Source: a virus. Taken from it: a stretch of 64,000 nucleotides of DNA. The stretch covers positions 1-64,000 of IMG/VR virus record IMGVR_UViG_3300032431_000003. The stretch is one strand, 5' to 3'. The position numbers and the translations under genes are program-made. This document shows, piece by piece, positions 1-9,584 of the stretch; positions within the stretch are counted from its first letter, which is position 1; each line of letters begins with the position of its first letter. A model generated the notes under the pieces. The model was given only the letters and a program-made list of their open reading frames with translations. It did no database searches and was not told where the DNA came from.

Positions 1-159
1 AGTGGATATTACGGTAAGCAGTGCCTATTCGGAACAGTCTGGTTCAAGGATGGGACTTGGGCGGACAGAGAAAGCGATGGCGGACTAGAGTGGTGGGTTC
101 ATCATGAACGTCCTGAGATTCCAGAGGGGCTTGCTGGCGAACCCAAGATAGCTAACTAG
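1..159 (+). CDS. 5'-truncated hypothetical protein, tandem paralog of 275..601
   Basis: Frame 1 translates ...LFGTVWFKDGTWADRESDGGLEWWVHHERPEIPEGLAGEPKIAN*, matching the C-terminus of 275..601. Confidence 0.85.
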   Translation, partial: SGYYGKQCLFGTVWFKDGTWADRESDGGLEWWVHHERPEIPEGLAGEPKIAN

Positions 160-189
160 TGCTAGTAATCTCCTTGGAGGAAGAAACCC

Positions 190-206
190 ATTCTAACCAG
201 ACAAGT
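190..206 (+). repeat. Intergenic 17-mer ATTCTAAYCAGACAAGT, copy 1 (others at 5237-5253 and 31582-31598)
   Basis: Direct sequence match at three intergenic sites upstream of plus-strand genes. Confidence 0.75.
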
Positions 207-274
207 AGTGGTAGCATATTTCAAGAAGTAAAAACATGTCAAATAATGACTGCTAGAAATATTGAGGTAGAAAA

Positions 275-601
275 ATGAACGCAAAAACCGAGTTTATTGA
301 ATTAGTCGAAGGCAAGGAAGTTAAATGTGCAGCAATCAATTATCAAGAGTGTTGGGACAAGAGGAACCCAGACTCATTACTACCTATAGGGTATGATCAG
401 GAACAATATAATCAGTTTATCGAAAGTCTTGATTACGACTACGACAATGGGTATGGTGGGCAAAGTCTATTTGGAACAGTTTGGCTTAAAGATGGAACTT
501 GGGCGACCAGAGGAGAGTATGACGGTTCGGAATGGTGGGATCATCATGATTGCCCTGAGATTCCAAAGGAGCTTATCGGCGAACCCAAGATAGCTAACTG
601 A
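275..601 (+). CDS. Phage hypothetical protein (acidic, GTVWxKDGTW-RGEYDGSEWW motif)
   Basis: ORF with GAGGT RBS; adjacent paralog. Confidence 0.8.
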   Translation: MNAKTEFIELVEGKEVKCAAINYQECWDKRNPDSLLPIGYDQEQYNQFIESLDYDYDNGYGGQSLFGTVWLKDGTWATRGEYDGSEWWDHHDCPEIPKELIGEPKIAN

Positions 602-676
602 TGCTAGCAATCCTCGTGGAGCCAGCATATTCCAAGAAGCCAAAGCATGACAAACAATAACTAGTAGGAGAGAAAG

Positions 677-1231
677 ATGACTCAAATTGAATTAACTCAA
701 ATCTCGGATGAGCCGATAATTCGGGCTCTTGAAGCTATGCCTGCTAGATCACAATTCTCCATTCGTTGTCTTGCCGCAACGGAAATCGACCGTAGATGGG
801 ACTGGATTCAGACACATTATTATAACGGGGCTGAAGTGCCTTGTAACGATCTGTTTGACTATCGAGACTGGCAGGTAGTTGCCTACTCAGGAGACACACG
901 GGTTACTGTCCATGAAGTTACGGGGCTGGCTATTGACAGCACCAATTCCCTCTTGACTGTTTCTTCGGGCGACTCGACTGCGCTTGATGACGGCTTGATT
1001 GATTCACTAGGCTTACTTAACAAGCAGCGAAATGAAGAAATGGGAGCAGCAAAAGTTGATCCAGTCTTTGTGGCGAAGAAAGGCGCGCCAATCGGACTTA
1101 TTAAAGTTCAATTCAAGGCTCTCATCACAGACCGCACAATGCGTGATCTAATGGCATCCACTAAAGCCCTGCACGAATCAAGAATAAGAGCGAATAATAG
1201 GTATCTAACTGAGCAATTCGGCGATGGTTAA
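677..1231 (+). CDS. Hypothetical protein
   Basis: ORF with AGGAG RBS, overlaps next gene. Confidence 0.75.
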   Translation: MTQIELTQISDEPIIRALEAMPARSQFSIRCLAATEIDRRWDWIQTHYYNGAEVPCNDLFDYRDWQVVAYSGDTRVTVHEVTGLAIDSTNSLLTVSSGDSTALDDGLIDSLGLLNKQRNEEMGAAKVDPVFVAKKGAPIGLIKVQFKALITDRTMRDLMASTKALHESRIRANNRYLTEQFGDG

Positions 1232-1583
1232 TAACCAGGATGTCTTCGCCTATGGACAATGTTATCGATGCAATCAAGGTATCCGCTATCCCGGCAACAA
1301 CTACGGCTGTTCTTCGGGGGCATGGGTACTCAATGGAACCGTTGCTGACGCAGTGGCTCAGTTCAACTTCATCCTTGGTGGCAAGGGCATTCCTGAAAAA
1401 TACAAGAAGGAAGCCCACAAGGAATCTCGTGCTTACGGGCTACTCATAGACAGTAAAGGAACTAAGTATTCTGCAAAACTCGGCACAGAATCAATGCTGC
1501 TCCGAGACGTAGAATACGACGCAACCCAACGGAGGCTCCTTGAGCGTCTGTGTACATCAAAGAAAACGGAGAGAGACGTATGA
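1224..1583 (+). CDS. Hypothetical protein
   Basis: ORF in coupled operon. Confidence 0.65.
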   Translation: MVNNQDVFAYGQCYRCNQGIRYPGNNYGCSSGAWVLNGTVADAVAQFNFILGGKGIPEKYKKEAHKESRAYGLLIDSKGTKYSAKLGTESMLLRDVEYDATQRRLLERLCTSKKTERDV

Positions 1584-1984
1584 TAAGACTCATTGATTTG
1601 AGAGCCTCAAGTATTGGGGATTACGCATTTGCTTGGATTATCGAAGAGACGGATTGCTTCCTTGTGATCAATGGCAGTCAAGCATGGGATGGGTGGATCG
1701 ATTTCGCCCAAGACTGTAGGAGTGCAAACAAAGAAGAGATACTAGCGACTCTGCGACCACTTTGCCCTGAGTGGCTAGAGCAAGAAATACGGAGCCACGA
1801 CATAAGGCTCATAACGAACAGCCTAGGAGCAGACACAATGATTATCGATGATCCTCTTGCAAAGGAACTCGTCCCTAATGAATACGGACTGGCAGAGCTG
1901 GCTGAATGGTGGGAAGGCAGCGGGGTCTATAAAAAAAGAAGACAGGAAAACAACGAAGGGAGTGTAGATTGGACAGGAGCCTGA
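1580..1984 (+). CDS. Hypothetical protein with a terminase-ATPase-like fragment (GADTMIIDDPL)
   Basis: ATGA overlap with upstream stop; GGAG RBS. Confidence 0.65.
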   Translation: MIRLIDLRASSIGDYAFAWIIEETDCFLVINGSQAWDGWIDFAQDCRSANKEEILATLRPLCPEWLEQEIRSHDIRLITNSLGADTMIIDDPLAKELVPNEYGLAELAEWWEGSGVYKKRRQENNEGSVDWTGA

Positions 1985-2113
1985 CCCTAAACGAATGGTC
2001 TCTCAAAACCCCTGAGACCCTTTCGTGGTAACGATTCAAGGCTTATAACGAAGCAGCTAAAAGGAGGCACACTGAGGGGTCTTCAAAAAGAAACGACAAA
2101 ACGGAGGGAGACG

Positions 2114-2422
2114 GTGACTAAACAGTATCGAGTAACATTCTTTGAGCATCCACCGTTATCTGGGCGGGTTCCGGGATTAGGACGATTTGACGAAGAAAAG
2201 CTCTTGGGTCGAATCAAGGATGACACTGGCTGGACAAAGACCATTACGAAGCCCTTCACCGACCGCCCTGAGAATCGGCAATGGGTATTTCTGATTGACT
2301 CCGAGGTAGTGGTCAACAAGGTGTTGGGAACTCTAATGTGGGGCACACCCAGTATCGGTGGATTGGCAATGGAGTTGATCGAAGGAAGCGAAGAAAAACA
2401 AGGAGAAAGCAATGACTTATAA
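2114..2422 (+). CDS. Hypothetical protein
   Basis: GTG start with GGAGG RBS. Confidence 0.7.
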   Translation: MTKQYRVTFFEHPPLSGRVPGLGRFDEEKLLGRIKDDTGWTKTITKPFTDRPENRQWVFLIDSEVVVNKVLGTLMWGTPSIGGLAMELIEGSEEKQGESNDL

Positions 2423-2972
2423 CGAAAGAAAGAAGGCAAGGGCTGACCACTTTGAGCTAAAGGTAAAGGGCTGGAAGCAGCGAGACTGCGAAGGTGGTGG
2501 CAAAGAAAGGTACAAGCCAAACTCCGTAGAGGAATTGAGTAAAAAAGATTGCGTGGTCAATCCTGAGAAGATATCAAAGGTACTTCAGTCTCGGAGAGTC
2601 AAGGAAGTCCTTTGTGTTATCGATGAGTTACAGAGTACCGATGATGACGGGCACGTAGCTCAAGCGATCACTCAGATCGAAAGGTTGAAGCCCATTGAAA
2701 TCGCCCTAGTGGATATCTTCTGTCGAGAAGACCATCCACAACTTAAGCACCTGACATACCTACTATCTTGTGCCCTCGATCACCAAGAGGTTTTCCGTGG
2801 GCATAATCCACTGCTCTTCGCTCACGCTGAACTGCTGGATTCTTTAGGCGAGGACGGTAGCGTGTCGCATGGGCGACTAACCCTAGACCAGCTAGAGGAA
2901 GGTCGCCAACAATGGAAGAAAGCGGGTATCGACCCGTTGAAAGTTGCGCTGGAACAAGGAGAGACATCGTGA
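2412..2972 (+). CDS. Hypothetical protein
   Basis: AGGAG RBS, overlapping neighbours. Confidence 0.7.
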   Translation: MTYNERKKARADHFELKVKGWKQRDCEGGGKERYKPNSVEELSKKDCVVNPEKISKVLQSRRVKEVLCVIDELQSTDDDGHVAQAITQIERLKPIEIALVDIFCREDHPQLKHLTYLLSCALDHQEVFRGHNPLLFAHAELLDSLGEDGSVSHGRLTLDQLEEGRQQWKKAGIDPLKVALEQGETS

Positions 2973-3394
2973 CGATGACCAATAAGCAACGGGCAGAAGC
3001 AAGACACCTGATCGCAGTTAGGGCACAGAAGTCTCTGGTGAAGAACGCAGCGAAAGTCGAAGCTCTTTCCGAGGATGGGACGGTGGTATTCACCTCCTCT
3101 CAGTTCGAGATAGGGCTAGGCAGGTGCGGAGATGTGGCTTATCGCCTACAAAGAGAGCAGTACGGATGGGATAGATTAGGCTTAGTTACTGACGCTCCAC
3201 TTAAGGACAGACAGATGGAGGGATGGAAGCAGGTCTCATCGAGAGGCAAGACGACTATACAGTACACATACCACTTCACCATTGACTGCAAGGACATACC
3301 CAGTCCGCTCGTCCCTTTTTGTCGCTACCGAGTGATTGATAGCGAAGGGACTGAGTTATACGAGACTAACGTTAATTGGAGGAGCTTTCTTTAG
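2969..3394 (+). CDS. Hypothetical protein, member 1 of six-gene paralog family
   Basis: GTGA overlap, AAGGAG RBS; motifs KVEALSEDG..TS and YRVIDSEG. Confidence 0.75.
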   Translation: MTMTNKQRAEARHLIAVRAQKSLVKNAAKVEALSEDGTVVFTSSQFEIGLGRCGDVAYRLQREQYGWDRLGLVTDAPLKDRQMEGWKQVSSRGKTTIQYTYHFTIDCKDIPSPLVPFCRYRVIDSEGTELYETNVNWRSFL

Positions 3395-3433
3395 GCACAG
3401 GGGTTCTTAGTCAATCTTTGATAGTATGTACCC

Positions 3434-3766
3434 ATGCGAAAAGGCAAACTCCCGAAAACCAAGTCTCTCCAAATCCAGACCGGAGCTATTCTCTGGTTTG
3501 GCGAAGAACACACAACGAATGCCGAGTTCAATCCATCGTTGCTCAAGGATGGCGATGAGCTTTTTTGGGTTCAAGGAGAGACAAAGACTCGCATGGGTTT
3601 CATCAAGGGTTATGGTAGCGGGAAGCACTATTACAAAGAGTCAACTAGACGCTATGTAATCTTGCCAAGGTGGTGGTACAGCCAGGTAAAAGCGACCCCC
3701 GGTGAGGTCGCAATCTGTGTCGGCGGGAAAGCTATTCCTTCGACAATTCTCGATCCGCCTCTCTGA
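3434..3766 (+). CDS. Hypothetical protein
   Basis: ORF in plus-strand run. Confidence 0.55.
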   Translation: MRKGKLPKTKSLQIQTGAILWFGEEHTTNAEFNPSLLKDGDELFWVQGETKTRMGFIKGYGSGKHYYKESTRRYVILPRWWYSQVKATPGEVAICVGGKAIPSTILDPPL

Positions 3767-3905
3767 CGAGCTTGCGGAATAAATCGGAGAAGCTAGTGTC
3801 ATGGTGAGCCGCAAGCCTTTCTAGAGCCTTTTTATCCGTGGGGCTGAAATACGCCTTGACTTCTTCGGTTCTCTTCACGTTAGCTGCCTTTCGTTGTTGT
3901 GCCAT
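3732..3905 (-). CDS. Ribbon-helix-helix (CopG/Arc-like) DNA-binding protein, 57 aa, below ORF-track cutoff
   Basis: MAQQRKAANVKRTEEVKAYFSPTDKKALERLAAHHDTSFSDLFRKLVREADRELSKE; GGAG RBS; beta-helix-turn-S-x-S-helix pattern. Confidence 0.75.
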   Translation of the reverse strand: MAQQRKAANVKRTEEVKAYFSPTDKKALERLAAHHDTSFSDLFRKLVREADRELSKE

Positions 3906-3930
3906 AATTCTCTCCGTGTTCCTTGTTTAG

Positions 3931-3939
3931 TGCTATACT
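3931..3939 (+). promoter_or_regulatory. Putative extended -10 promoter element (TGcTATACT)
   Basis: Consensus-like element in the divergent intergenic region upstream of 4010. Confidence 0.45.
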
Positions 3940-4009
3940 GTCACTATATCAGGGATAACAAAGAAAAGCAAGGAAGAGTCGGACAATACTAAACCAATGG
4001 AGAGAAAAG

Positions 4010-4354
4010 ATGGGAATACCAAAAGAAGAAAGAGGAAACGTTCTACCAAAAGAAGTAGCGAGGGCTCTCAAAAAGAAGGGAGCAAAGATCGAGTACCTTT
4101 CCGAAGAGGGTGGTAAAGTAATCTTTTCCACCGATGATTATAAGCCCATGAGAACCTCTGAAGGCACTAAAGTATGGAGGCAGGAATGTGCGGAATCAAC
4201 TCAACTACCTACATACTTTCAGATAGTGGACGAGCATGGAGAGAAAATCTTTGGAGGGCAAGTTCATCCGATTCTCCAATACGAAGATACGACGATCCAA
4301 TACTACCCTGACGACGACTCTAACGATCTAACATTAAGTTTTTCAAGCCTTTAA
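4010..4354 (+). CDS. Hypothetical protein, paralog family member 2
   Basis: KIEYLSEEGGKVIFST..YFQIVDEHG; DNA duplicate of next gene. Confidence 0.8.
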   Translation: MGIPKEERGNVLPKEVARALKKKGAKIEYLSEEGGKVIFSTDDYKPMRTSEGTKVWRQECAESTQLPTYFQIVDEHGEKIFGGQVHPILQYEDTTIQYYPDDDSNDLTLSFSSL

Positions 4355-4444
4355 GGAGGAAAGAAGGTATAGCAACCTTCATGGGTGCAGACTTCCGCCC
4401 AACAAGAGAAAAAGTCCAGCAATACTAAATCAATGGAGAGAAAA

Positions 4445-4804
4445 ATGGGAACACCAAAAGGAAAGAAAGACGTTCTATCAAAGAAAGTAGCAAAGGCTCT
4501 CAAAAAGAAAGGAGCAAAGATCGAGTACCTTTCCGAAGAGGGTGGTGAAGTAATCTTTTCCACCTCTAATTCCAAGATCAAAAGAACCGCCGAAGGTATC
4601 AGAGTAAGAAGGAAGGAGTTTGCGGAATTGACCCAAGTACCTACCTACTTTCAGATAATTGACGAGGATGGAAAGAAAATCTCTGGAGGGCAAGTTCATT
4701 TGATTTGCGGTGATCCGATACCTGTCTTGACGGTATTTGAGCCGACTGTCAACCCTGGCGATCTAACATTTAACATCGCAAAATTTAGCATCGCAAAACT
4801 ATAA
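4445..4804 (+). CDS. Hypothetical protein, paralog family member 3
   Basis: Tandem duplicate of 4010..4354; start set by alignment with paralog. Confidence 0.8.
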   Translation: MGTPKGKKDVLSKKVAKALKKKGAKIEYLSEEGGEVIFSTSNSKIKRTAEGIRVRRKEFAELTQVPTYFQIIDEDGKKISGGQVHLICGDPIPVLTVFEPTVNPGDLTFNIAKFSIAKL

Positions 4805-4813
4805 GGAGGAAAG

Positions 4814-5209
4814 ATGGAAATAACGAGAATCAAGGGTACGGATTGGAAAATCACAGAAAATGAAGACATTTTCACGATCCTAACTAGAGACTTCGCAGCA
4901 AGCCCTTGGAAATGGCATGTAAAGACAATGGATTTGGACGAAGCAGTGATTCAGATGGCGGTGGGTTTAACCCACGTCCCCATTGTGAATATCAAGGATC
5001 ACCCCGACTTGACCTTCGTTAGTCGCAAATCGTTCACCCTATTGCTAGGCGGTTTGTGGCGAATCGCAAAGTACCTAGATATCTACTTCGTTCAGATCAG
5101 AGAAAACCCAAGCCAATCGTGGGACTCTGCGACTCTCTCTGGAGCGTTCCCCAACGTAGAAGGTGCTGTTCGATGGGTAGCAAAGTTGTCCGAAGGGAAC
5201 AAGGCATAG
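4814..5209 (+). CDS. Hypothetical protein
   Basis: Perfect TAAGGAGG RBS. Confidence 0.8.
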   Translation: MEITRIKGTDWKITENEDIFTILTRDFAASPWKWHVKTMDLDEAVIQMAVGLTHVPIVNIKDHPDLTFVSRKSFTLLLGGLWRIAKYLDIYFVQIRENPSQSWDSATLSGAFPNVEGAVRWVAKLSEGNKA

Positions 5210-5282
5210 CAACCCTCTCTTTCGCAAAACAAACTCATTCTAATCAGACAAGTAGTGCTAACATATTCAAAGAGGTGAAAAC

Positions 5283-6527
5283 ATGACAGCAAAACTAGAA
5301 GGATACGATTTCGATGATGGCGATTTCGCTACTTCCAATGACTTAGCTACGTGCCAATGGATCAATCCCCAGAAAGATCACTTCGGCTTGGCTATTTCTC
5401 CAGAGAACGCAACGAAGGCAATGTTCAAGCCCGACACTGCTGGCTGGGAATACAAGGAAATCAAGTTCCCGAAGAAGTCGGAGGGAATGTGGATGACGCG
5501 CAACCCCCGAATCCTCGTCCTCAACGGCTCCAGCGTTATCTCCGCCGAAAGGAAAGAGGAAGGCGATGCTTGTCCTCGTTATATGTGGGCTTTGAAACCC
5601 AAGTTTGACGATGATGGTCGTCCTATCTTCGATAGCAACAACAAACAAGAAGTCGAGACGTTAGGCGTTATCCCCTACGACGACTCTAAGTGGGCTGACA
5701 AGGAACACTATGCTTCCTTTAGTCGCTTTGTTTTCTTGGTTGTTGACGAGAATAATCAAGTGGTCTCGAATCCCATTGTGCTTCGTACTCAAAAAGCTTC
5801 GGAGCTAACGATTGTCAACTTGTTCCGCAAGGAATTTATTCCCGGTGTACTCAACGTGTACGAGAAAGCCGTAGGGAAAAAACTACCCAAGGAAACCCCT
5901 ACCTGTAAGTTCCTCGCTCGGTTTGTATTTCAACCTATCCTGACCGCAGGTAAGGCTGGCGCAGGAGCCGCCGCAACCCGTGCTGATTCCTTCGTGCCAT
6001 TGACTGCCGAGAGATTCGCTGAGTTTGCCTTGCAGTCAAAGACCCACGCTGACACCATAGCCACCGTTGCTTCTCACCTAGAGAATCTCTTGGATTACGT
6101 CAGCGAACCCTTGATGGCAATTCCCTCGGAGCCTGAGCCTGCCGAAGTTGAGGCGGTAGCTCCTAAAGCAGCACTCAAGGCAGCATTAGGAGAAGAGACT
6201 CCTTTGTCAGCCGATGATATCAGGTCGTTGATGGACGAAATTGGTCGAGCAGAGAAAGAGCTCCATCTCTCTCCTGTAGAGATAAGAACTCTTCTCCTTG
6301 AGACCTTTAAGAAGAGAGTGAAGCACCTCTTGACCACGGATGATCTGCTTGCCTATCTCGACCTACTCAAAACGATTCGACTAGAGATAGAGATGGGGGT
6401 CTCCCCTGAAGAGATGAGGGTTATTCTCCTTGAGACCTTTGCTAAGGCAGAGAAGAATCTCTTGACCACGGAAGAGCTAAGCGACTATCTCGAAATACTC
6501 AAAACAATGGAAATGGATGAAATCTAA
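5283..6527 (+). CDS. DUF5895-like protein (cyanobacterial mobile-element family) with two C-terminal helical repeats
   Basis: N-terminus YDFDDGDF..CQWINP..FGLAI..FKPD..W..TRNPRILV recalled as DUF5895-like; duplicated LLETF.K..LLT.E.L..YL..LKT unit; near ssb. Confidence 0.6.
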   Translation: MTAKLEGYDFDDGDFATSNDLATCQWINPQKDHFGLAISPENATKAMFKPDTAGWEYKEIKFPKKSEGMWMTRNPRILVLNGSSVISAERKEEGDACPRYMWALKPKFDDDGRPIFDSNNKQEVETLGVIPYDDSKWADKEHYASFSRFVFLVVDENNQVVSNPIVLRTQKASELTIVNLFRKEFIPGVLNVYEKAVGKKLPKETPTCKFLARFVFQPILTAGKAGAGAAATRADSFVPLTAERFAEFALQSKTHADTIATVASHLENLLDYVSEPLMAIPSEPEPAEVEAVAPKAALKAALGEETPLSADDIRSLMDEIGRAEKELHLSPVEIRTLLLETFKKRVKHLLTTDDLLAYLDLLKTIRLEIEMGVSPEEMRVILLETFAKAEKNLLTTEELSDYLEILKTMEMDEI

Positions 6528-7147
6528 TGCCCAGAAAAAAGCCCTACCCAGTCGAAGACAAATATTGTCTGTTCATCGGGAATCATTATCCCAGAGAGTC
6601 GGGGCTTCCCCTGCCCATTGATCGTGTTTGGCACGATCTTCTCTCCGAAAACAACGAAGACAGGGTTAGCCAAGATGTCCTGTCTTCGGCTCTGCATTCC
6701 TCGCGAGACTTAGCGCGCCATGCAAACTTGGTGAAGCTACGGAATCTTTGTCGTAGATGGTCTAGCCAACCTGAGCTAACTGTCGATAACATTCTCTTTA
6801 CCGTTACTGAGCTAGATGCCGCCAGGATCGAATCTGGCATCAACCCAGACTTCTTTAAGAAGAGGTCGATTATCTCCACGAGACACCGAGAAGCCCTGAT
6901 TCTCGTTCGGCTGATCGGTGAAGGCAATGAAGCCGATGAGTGGACTCAGGGACTCAGAGAAGCTGCAATGTCTATCGCCGACGCTCGGAACCACACTGCT
7001 GCTACCCTCTTCTTGAGGAAGCACAAATACGTCTGGGATAGGGACACCTGCACTTATACCCCCAAGACTGAATTGCGAAACCTGTTGATCGAGAACAACA
7101 AAGATAGAGTAATTAACTGGGTTGGCAAGGAGGCTGGCAATGAATAA
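6527..7147 (+). CDS. Hypothetical protein
   Basis: TAATG coupling to upstream gene. Confidence 0.75.
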   Translation: MPRKKPYPVEDKYCLFIGNHYPRESGLPLPIDRVWHDLLSENNEDRVSQDVLSSALHSSRDLARHANLVKLRNLCRRWSSQPELTVDNILFTVTELDAARIESGINPDFFKKRSIISTRHREALILVRLIGEGNEADEWTQGLREAAMSIADARNHTAATLFLRKHKYVWDRDTCTYTPKTELRNLLIENNKDRVINWVGKEAGNE

Positions 7148-7598
7148 TTCAACGTTTTCTGTGACTTTTCTCTCTGATCCTGAATTGAAGCATCTTGATA
7201 TTGGCGGGAGAGAAACTACCTTCGTCTCATCGCTAGTGGGCTTGAAGGATATTAAAGGTGTTGAGTCCCAACTTAGGGTCGAGGCTTGGGGCAAACTTGC
7301 CGATGACCTCTCCGCCGAGCTTCGTCAGGGAGATGAGGTGATCTTGATTGGTCGCTTGCAGATCAAGGTAAGGGAGACCGAGGCTGGTGTTCGCAAATCG
7401 GCAGAGGTGATCGTCACTCAATTCCTTAAAATAGGAAGTACTACCCCCGGAGCAACCAGCGACATCCCTGTTACTCAGTGGAACCAATTGGACGCTATTC
7501 CTATGAAACCTAAGCCTGCTGGTAAGAAGGTCGTCCCTGTTATCGACGACACTGACCCTGACGATGGAGACACTAACTTCGACAATATCCCTTTCTGA
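7140..7598 (+). CDS. ssb: Single-stranded DNA-binding protein
   Basis: OB-fold motifs RVEAWGKLA, LRQGDEVILIGRL; acidic tail ending DNIPF. Confidence 0.9.
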   Translation: MNNSTFSVTFLSDPELKHLDIGGRETTFVSSLVGLKDIKGVESQLRVEAWGKLADDLSAELRQGDEVILIGRLQIKVRETEAGVRKSAEVIVTQFLKIGSTTPGATSDIPVTQWNQLDAIPMKPKPAGKKVVPVIDDTDPDDGDTNFDNIPF

Positions 7599-7613
7599 CT
7601 CACCGATAAACCT

Positions 7614-8231
7614 ATGCAAAAGAGCATCATTTACGACGTTGAAATTATCAGGGCTATTCCGTCCAAAGACCAGCCGAGAGACCTTAGCTTGGAATACTGT
7701 AAGGGGTGGGGTGACTACCTGAACATGGGCATATCCATTGTCACGGTTTACATCTCAGAAGGCTTTTCTTCTTACCCAGCCGGAGTCAGAACCTTCATCA
7801 ATCAAGAGAGTAAGATACCCTACGACTTCCCCGACTTTCGGCTACTGCTGGAGGAGCAACCAATAGTCTTGGGTTTCAACTCTCTTCGGTTCGATGACAA
7901 AGTGGCAGCAGCGAATGGTATCGAAATTACCACTAACTACGATATCTGCGCTCAGATCAAGAAAGCGGCACAAGGGGCAGGGACTTACCCACTGAGGAAT
8001 ATCGCCATAGCCAATGGACTCCACAAAGGCGATGGAGCCCTTGCTCCCCTCCTCTGGCAGATGGGCAAGCGAGACGAAGTGATTGCTTACGGAAAAGAAG
8101 AAATGGAGTCCCTAGTACGGATACTCCAGCTTGGGCTCCGAGGGGAATTAAAGAATCCCAACAATGAAAGCCTGATTAATCTACCCCAGACCAATCTGGA
8201 CATGAGCTACTACAGCGAGGTACAACTATGA
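7614..8231 (+). CDS. RNase H-like / DEDD 3'-5' exonuclease-family protein
   Basis: IIYDVEI (ExoI), LGFNSLRFD (ExoII), GDGALAPLLW..EVIAY (ExoIII-like). Confidence 0.75.
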   Translation: MQKSIIYDVEIIRAIPSKDQPRDLSLEYCKGWGDYLNMGISIVTVYISEGFSSYPAGVRTFINQESKIPYDFPDFRLLLEEQPIVLGFNSLRFDDKVAAANGIEITTNYDICAQIKKAAQGAGTYPLRNIAIANGLHKGDGALAPLLWQMGKRDEVIAYGKEEMESLVRILQLGLRGELKNPNNESLINLPQTNLDMSYYSEVQL

Positions 8232-8440
8232 CTGGTTTTTGGCTAAAGCTACATGATCGGGTCGAACATGTAGGGGATATCGGAATCGCTGGAACCGTTG
8301 TCCATATCGACGAGAATCTCATTGAGAGTCACGGCATCACAACGTGTCTCGTTCGGTGGGATGACGCAAAGGATGATTTCATTGATATCCAGTGGACGAA
8401 TAAAATGCAACTAGTCGAAGCTCCCACCGACACTCAGTAA
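8228..8440 (+). CDS. Small hypothetical protein (SH3-like beta pattern)
   Basis: DRVEH..GTVVHI..CLVRWD; ATGA overlap. Confidence 0.65.
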   Translation: MTGFWLKLHDRVEHVGDIGIAGTVVHIDENLIESHGITTCLVRWDDAKDDFIDIQWTNKMQLVEAPTDTQ

Positions 8441-8448
8441 GCAACGAA

Positions 8449-8820
8449 ATGACCAAAGAGGAAAACACCGTGAAGATAATATTCTCCGAAGAAGTCAAAG
8501 CTGGGCTAAGAACCCTCTCCAAGGAAGATCGAAGGGAGTACATTGAGAACGCTGTAGCCGAGCAACTAGCGAAGGATGGGCGGAGCTCAGTTGTCATCAG
8601 CAGAGTAGATGATGTAGAGGATGTCTCTTCTGCTTCTGGCTCTGGCTGGGTTGTTGGTGGCTATGACTATAGTCATGGTTGTGATTCAAGCAAAGAACTG
8701 AAGCTATCTGGACAAGAATGGCTGCAAGCTATGGTTCATGACCAGAAAATCCCCTTCCGTACTCGTGAGGGACTCTCTGGTTCTGTCCAAATCTCCTTTG
8801 AAGGCTCCGACACTCAGTAA
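8449..8820 (+). CDS. Hypothetical protein, RHH-like N-terminus; partial paralog of next gene
   Basis: VKIIFSEEVKAGLRTLSKEDRREYIENAVAEQL; DNA duplicate with 8851 region. Confidence 0.65.
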   Translation: MTKEENTVKIIFSEEVKAGLRTLSKEDRREYIENAVAEQLAKDGRSSVVISRVDDVEDVSSASGSGWVVGGYDYSHGCDSSKELKLSGQEWLQAMVHDQKIPFRTREGLSGSVQISFEGSDTQ

Positions 8821-8850
8821 ACAACGAGATAACACAAAGAGGAAAACACC

Positions 8851-9573
8851 GTGAAGACAAGACTCTCAGAGGAGATCGAAGCCGCCCTAAGAACGCTCTC
8901 CAAGAAAGTGAGAACACTCTCCAAGGAAGACCGGGGGGAGTCCATTGAGAACGATGTAGCCAAGCTACGAGCACAGGATGGTCGGCTTATTACACCAGAG
9001 GACGAAGTTCCCACCGATACTCAGGGCTCAGTTGTTATCAGCAGAGCAGATGTAGGGTATGTCTCTTCTTCTGCTGACTCTGGCTGGATTGGCGGTGGAG
9101 GTGGACAGTCTTTCGGATTGGGTGTTGACTATGCTGGCGGGGGTGGCGGTCGTGAGATGACTCACGGAGCGGGGTTTGGTGGTTATGGCTACGATCCAAT
9201 AGAAAGGAGAAAACCAATGCTGAAGCCAAAGAAAGCAAGGATCGAGTTCACTCTAAGGGAAGGAGTCCTGAAGGGGGCGATTGAGCGTATTCAGTCTCGA
9301 CTGGAATCTGAGTTTGATTGGGATGACAAACATGCGCCACTAGTACTCTCCAAAGTGTTGCCAGTGAGACTCCTTGAAGCCTACAACGAGGAGTTGAATG
9401 AACGTGACTTAGAGGCTCTTGAGGATGCTGAGTATTGGGCTGGGTTAACCTCTGGAGATCAAATGAACAGACTAATCACTGACTCTATCGTATTAATGAA
9501 GGGTATTGACAGCCAAGGACTCCTTGAATACCTAATCAAAGACTACTACGATCAGCACGGACAGTTTCGCTAG
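8851..9573 (+). CDS. Mosaic hypothetical protein (duplicated N-terminus, Gly-rich linker, acidic C-terminal domain)
   Basis: GTG start with GAGG RBS; shares 5' half with 8449..8820. Confidence 0.65.
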   Translation: MKTRLSEEIEAALRTLSKKVRTLSKEDRGESIENDVAKLRAQDGRLITPEDEVPTDTQGSVVISRADVGYVSSSADSGWIGGGGGQSFGLGVDYAGGGGGREMTHGAGFGGYGYDPIERRKPMLKPKKARIEFTLREGVLKGAIERIQSRLESEFDWDDKHAPLVLSKVLPVRLLEAYNEELNERDLEALEDAEYWAGLTSGDQMNRLITDSIVLMKGIDSQGLLEYLIKDYYDQHGQFR

Positions 9574-9584
9574 AAGGTTCTCCC

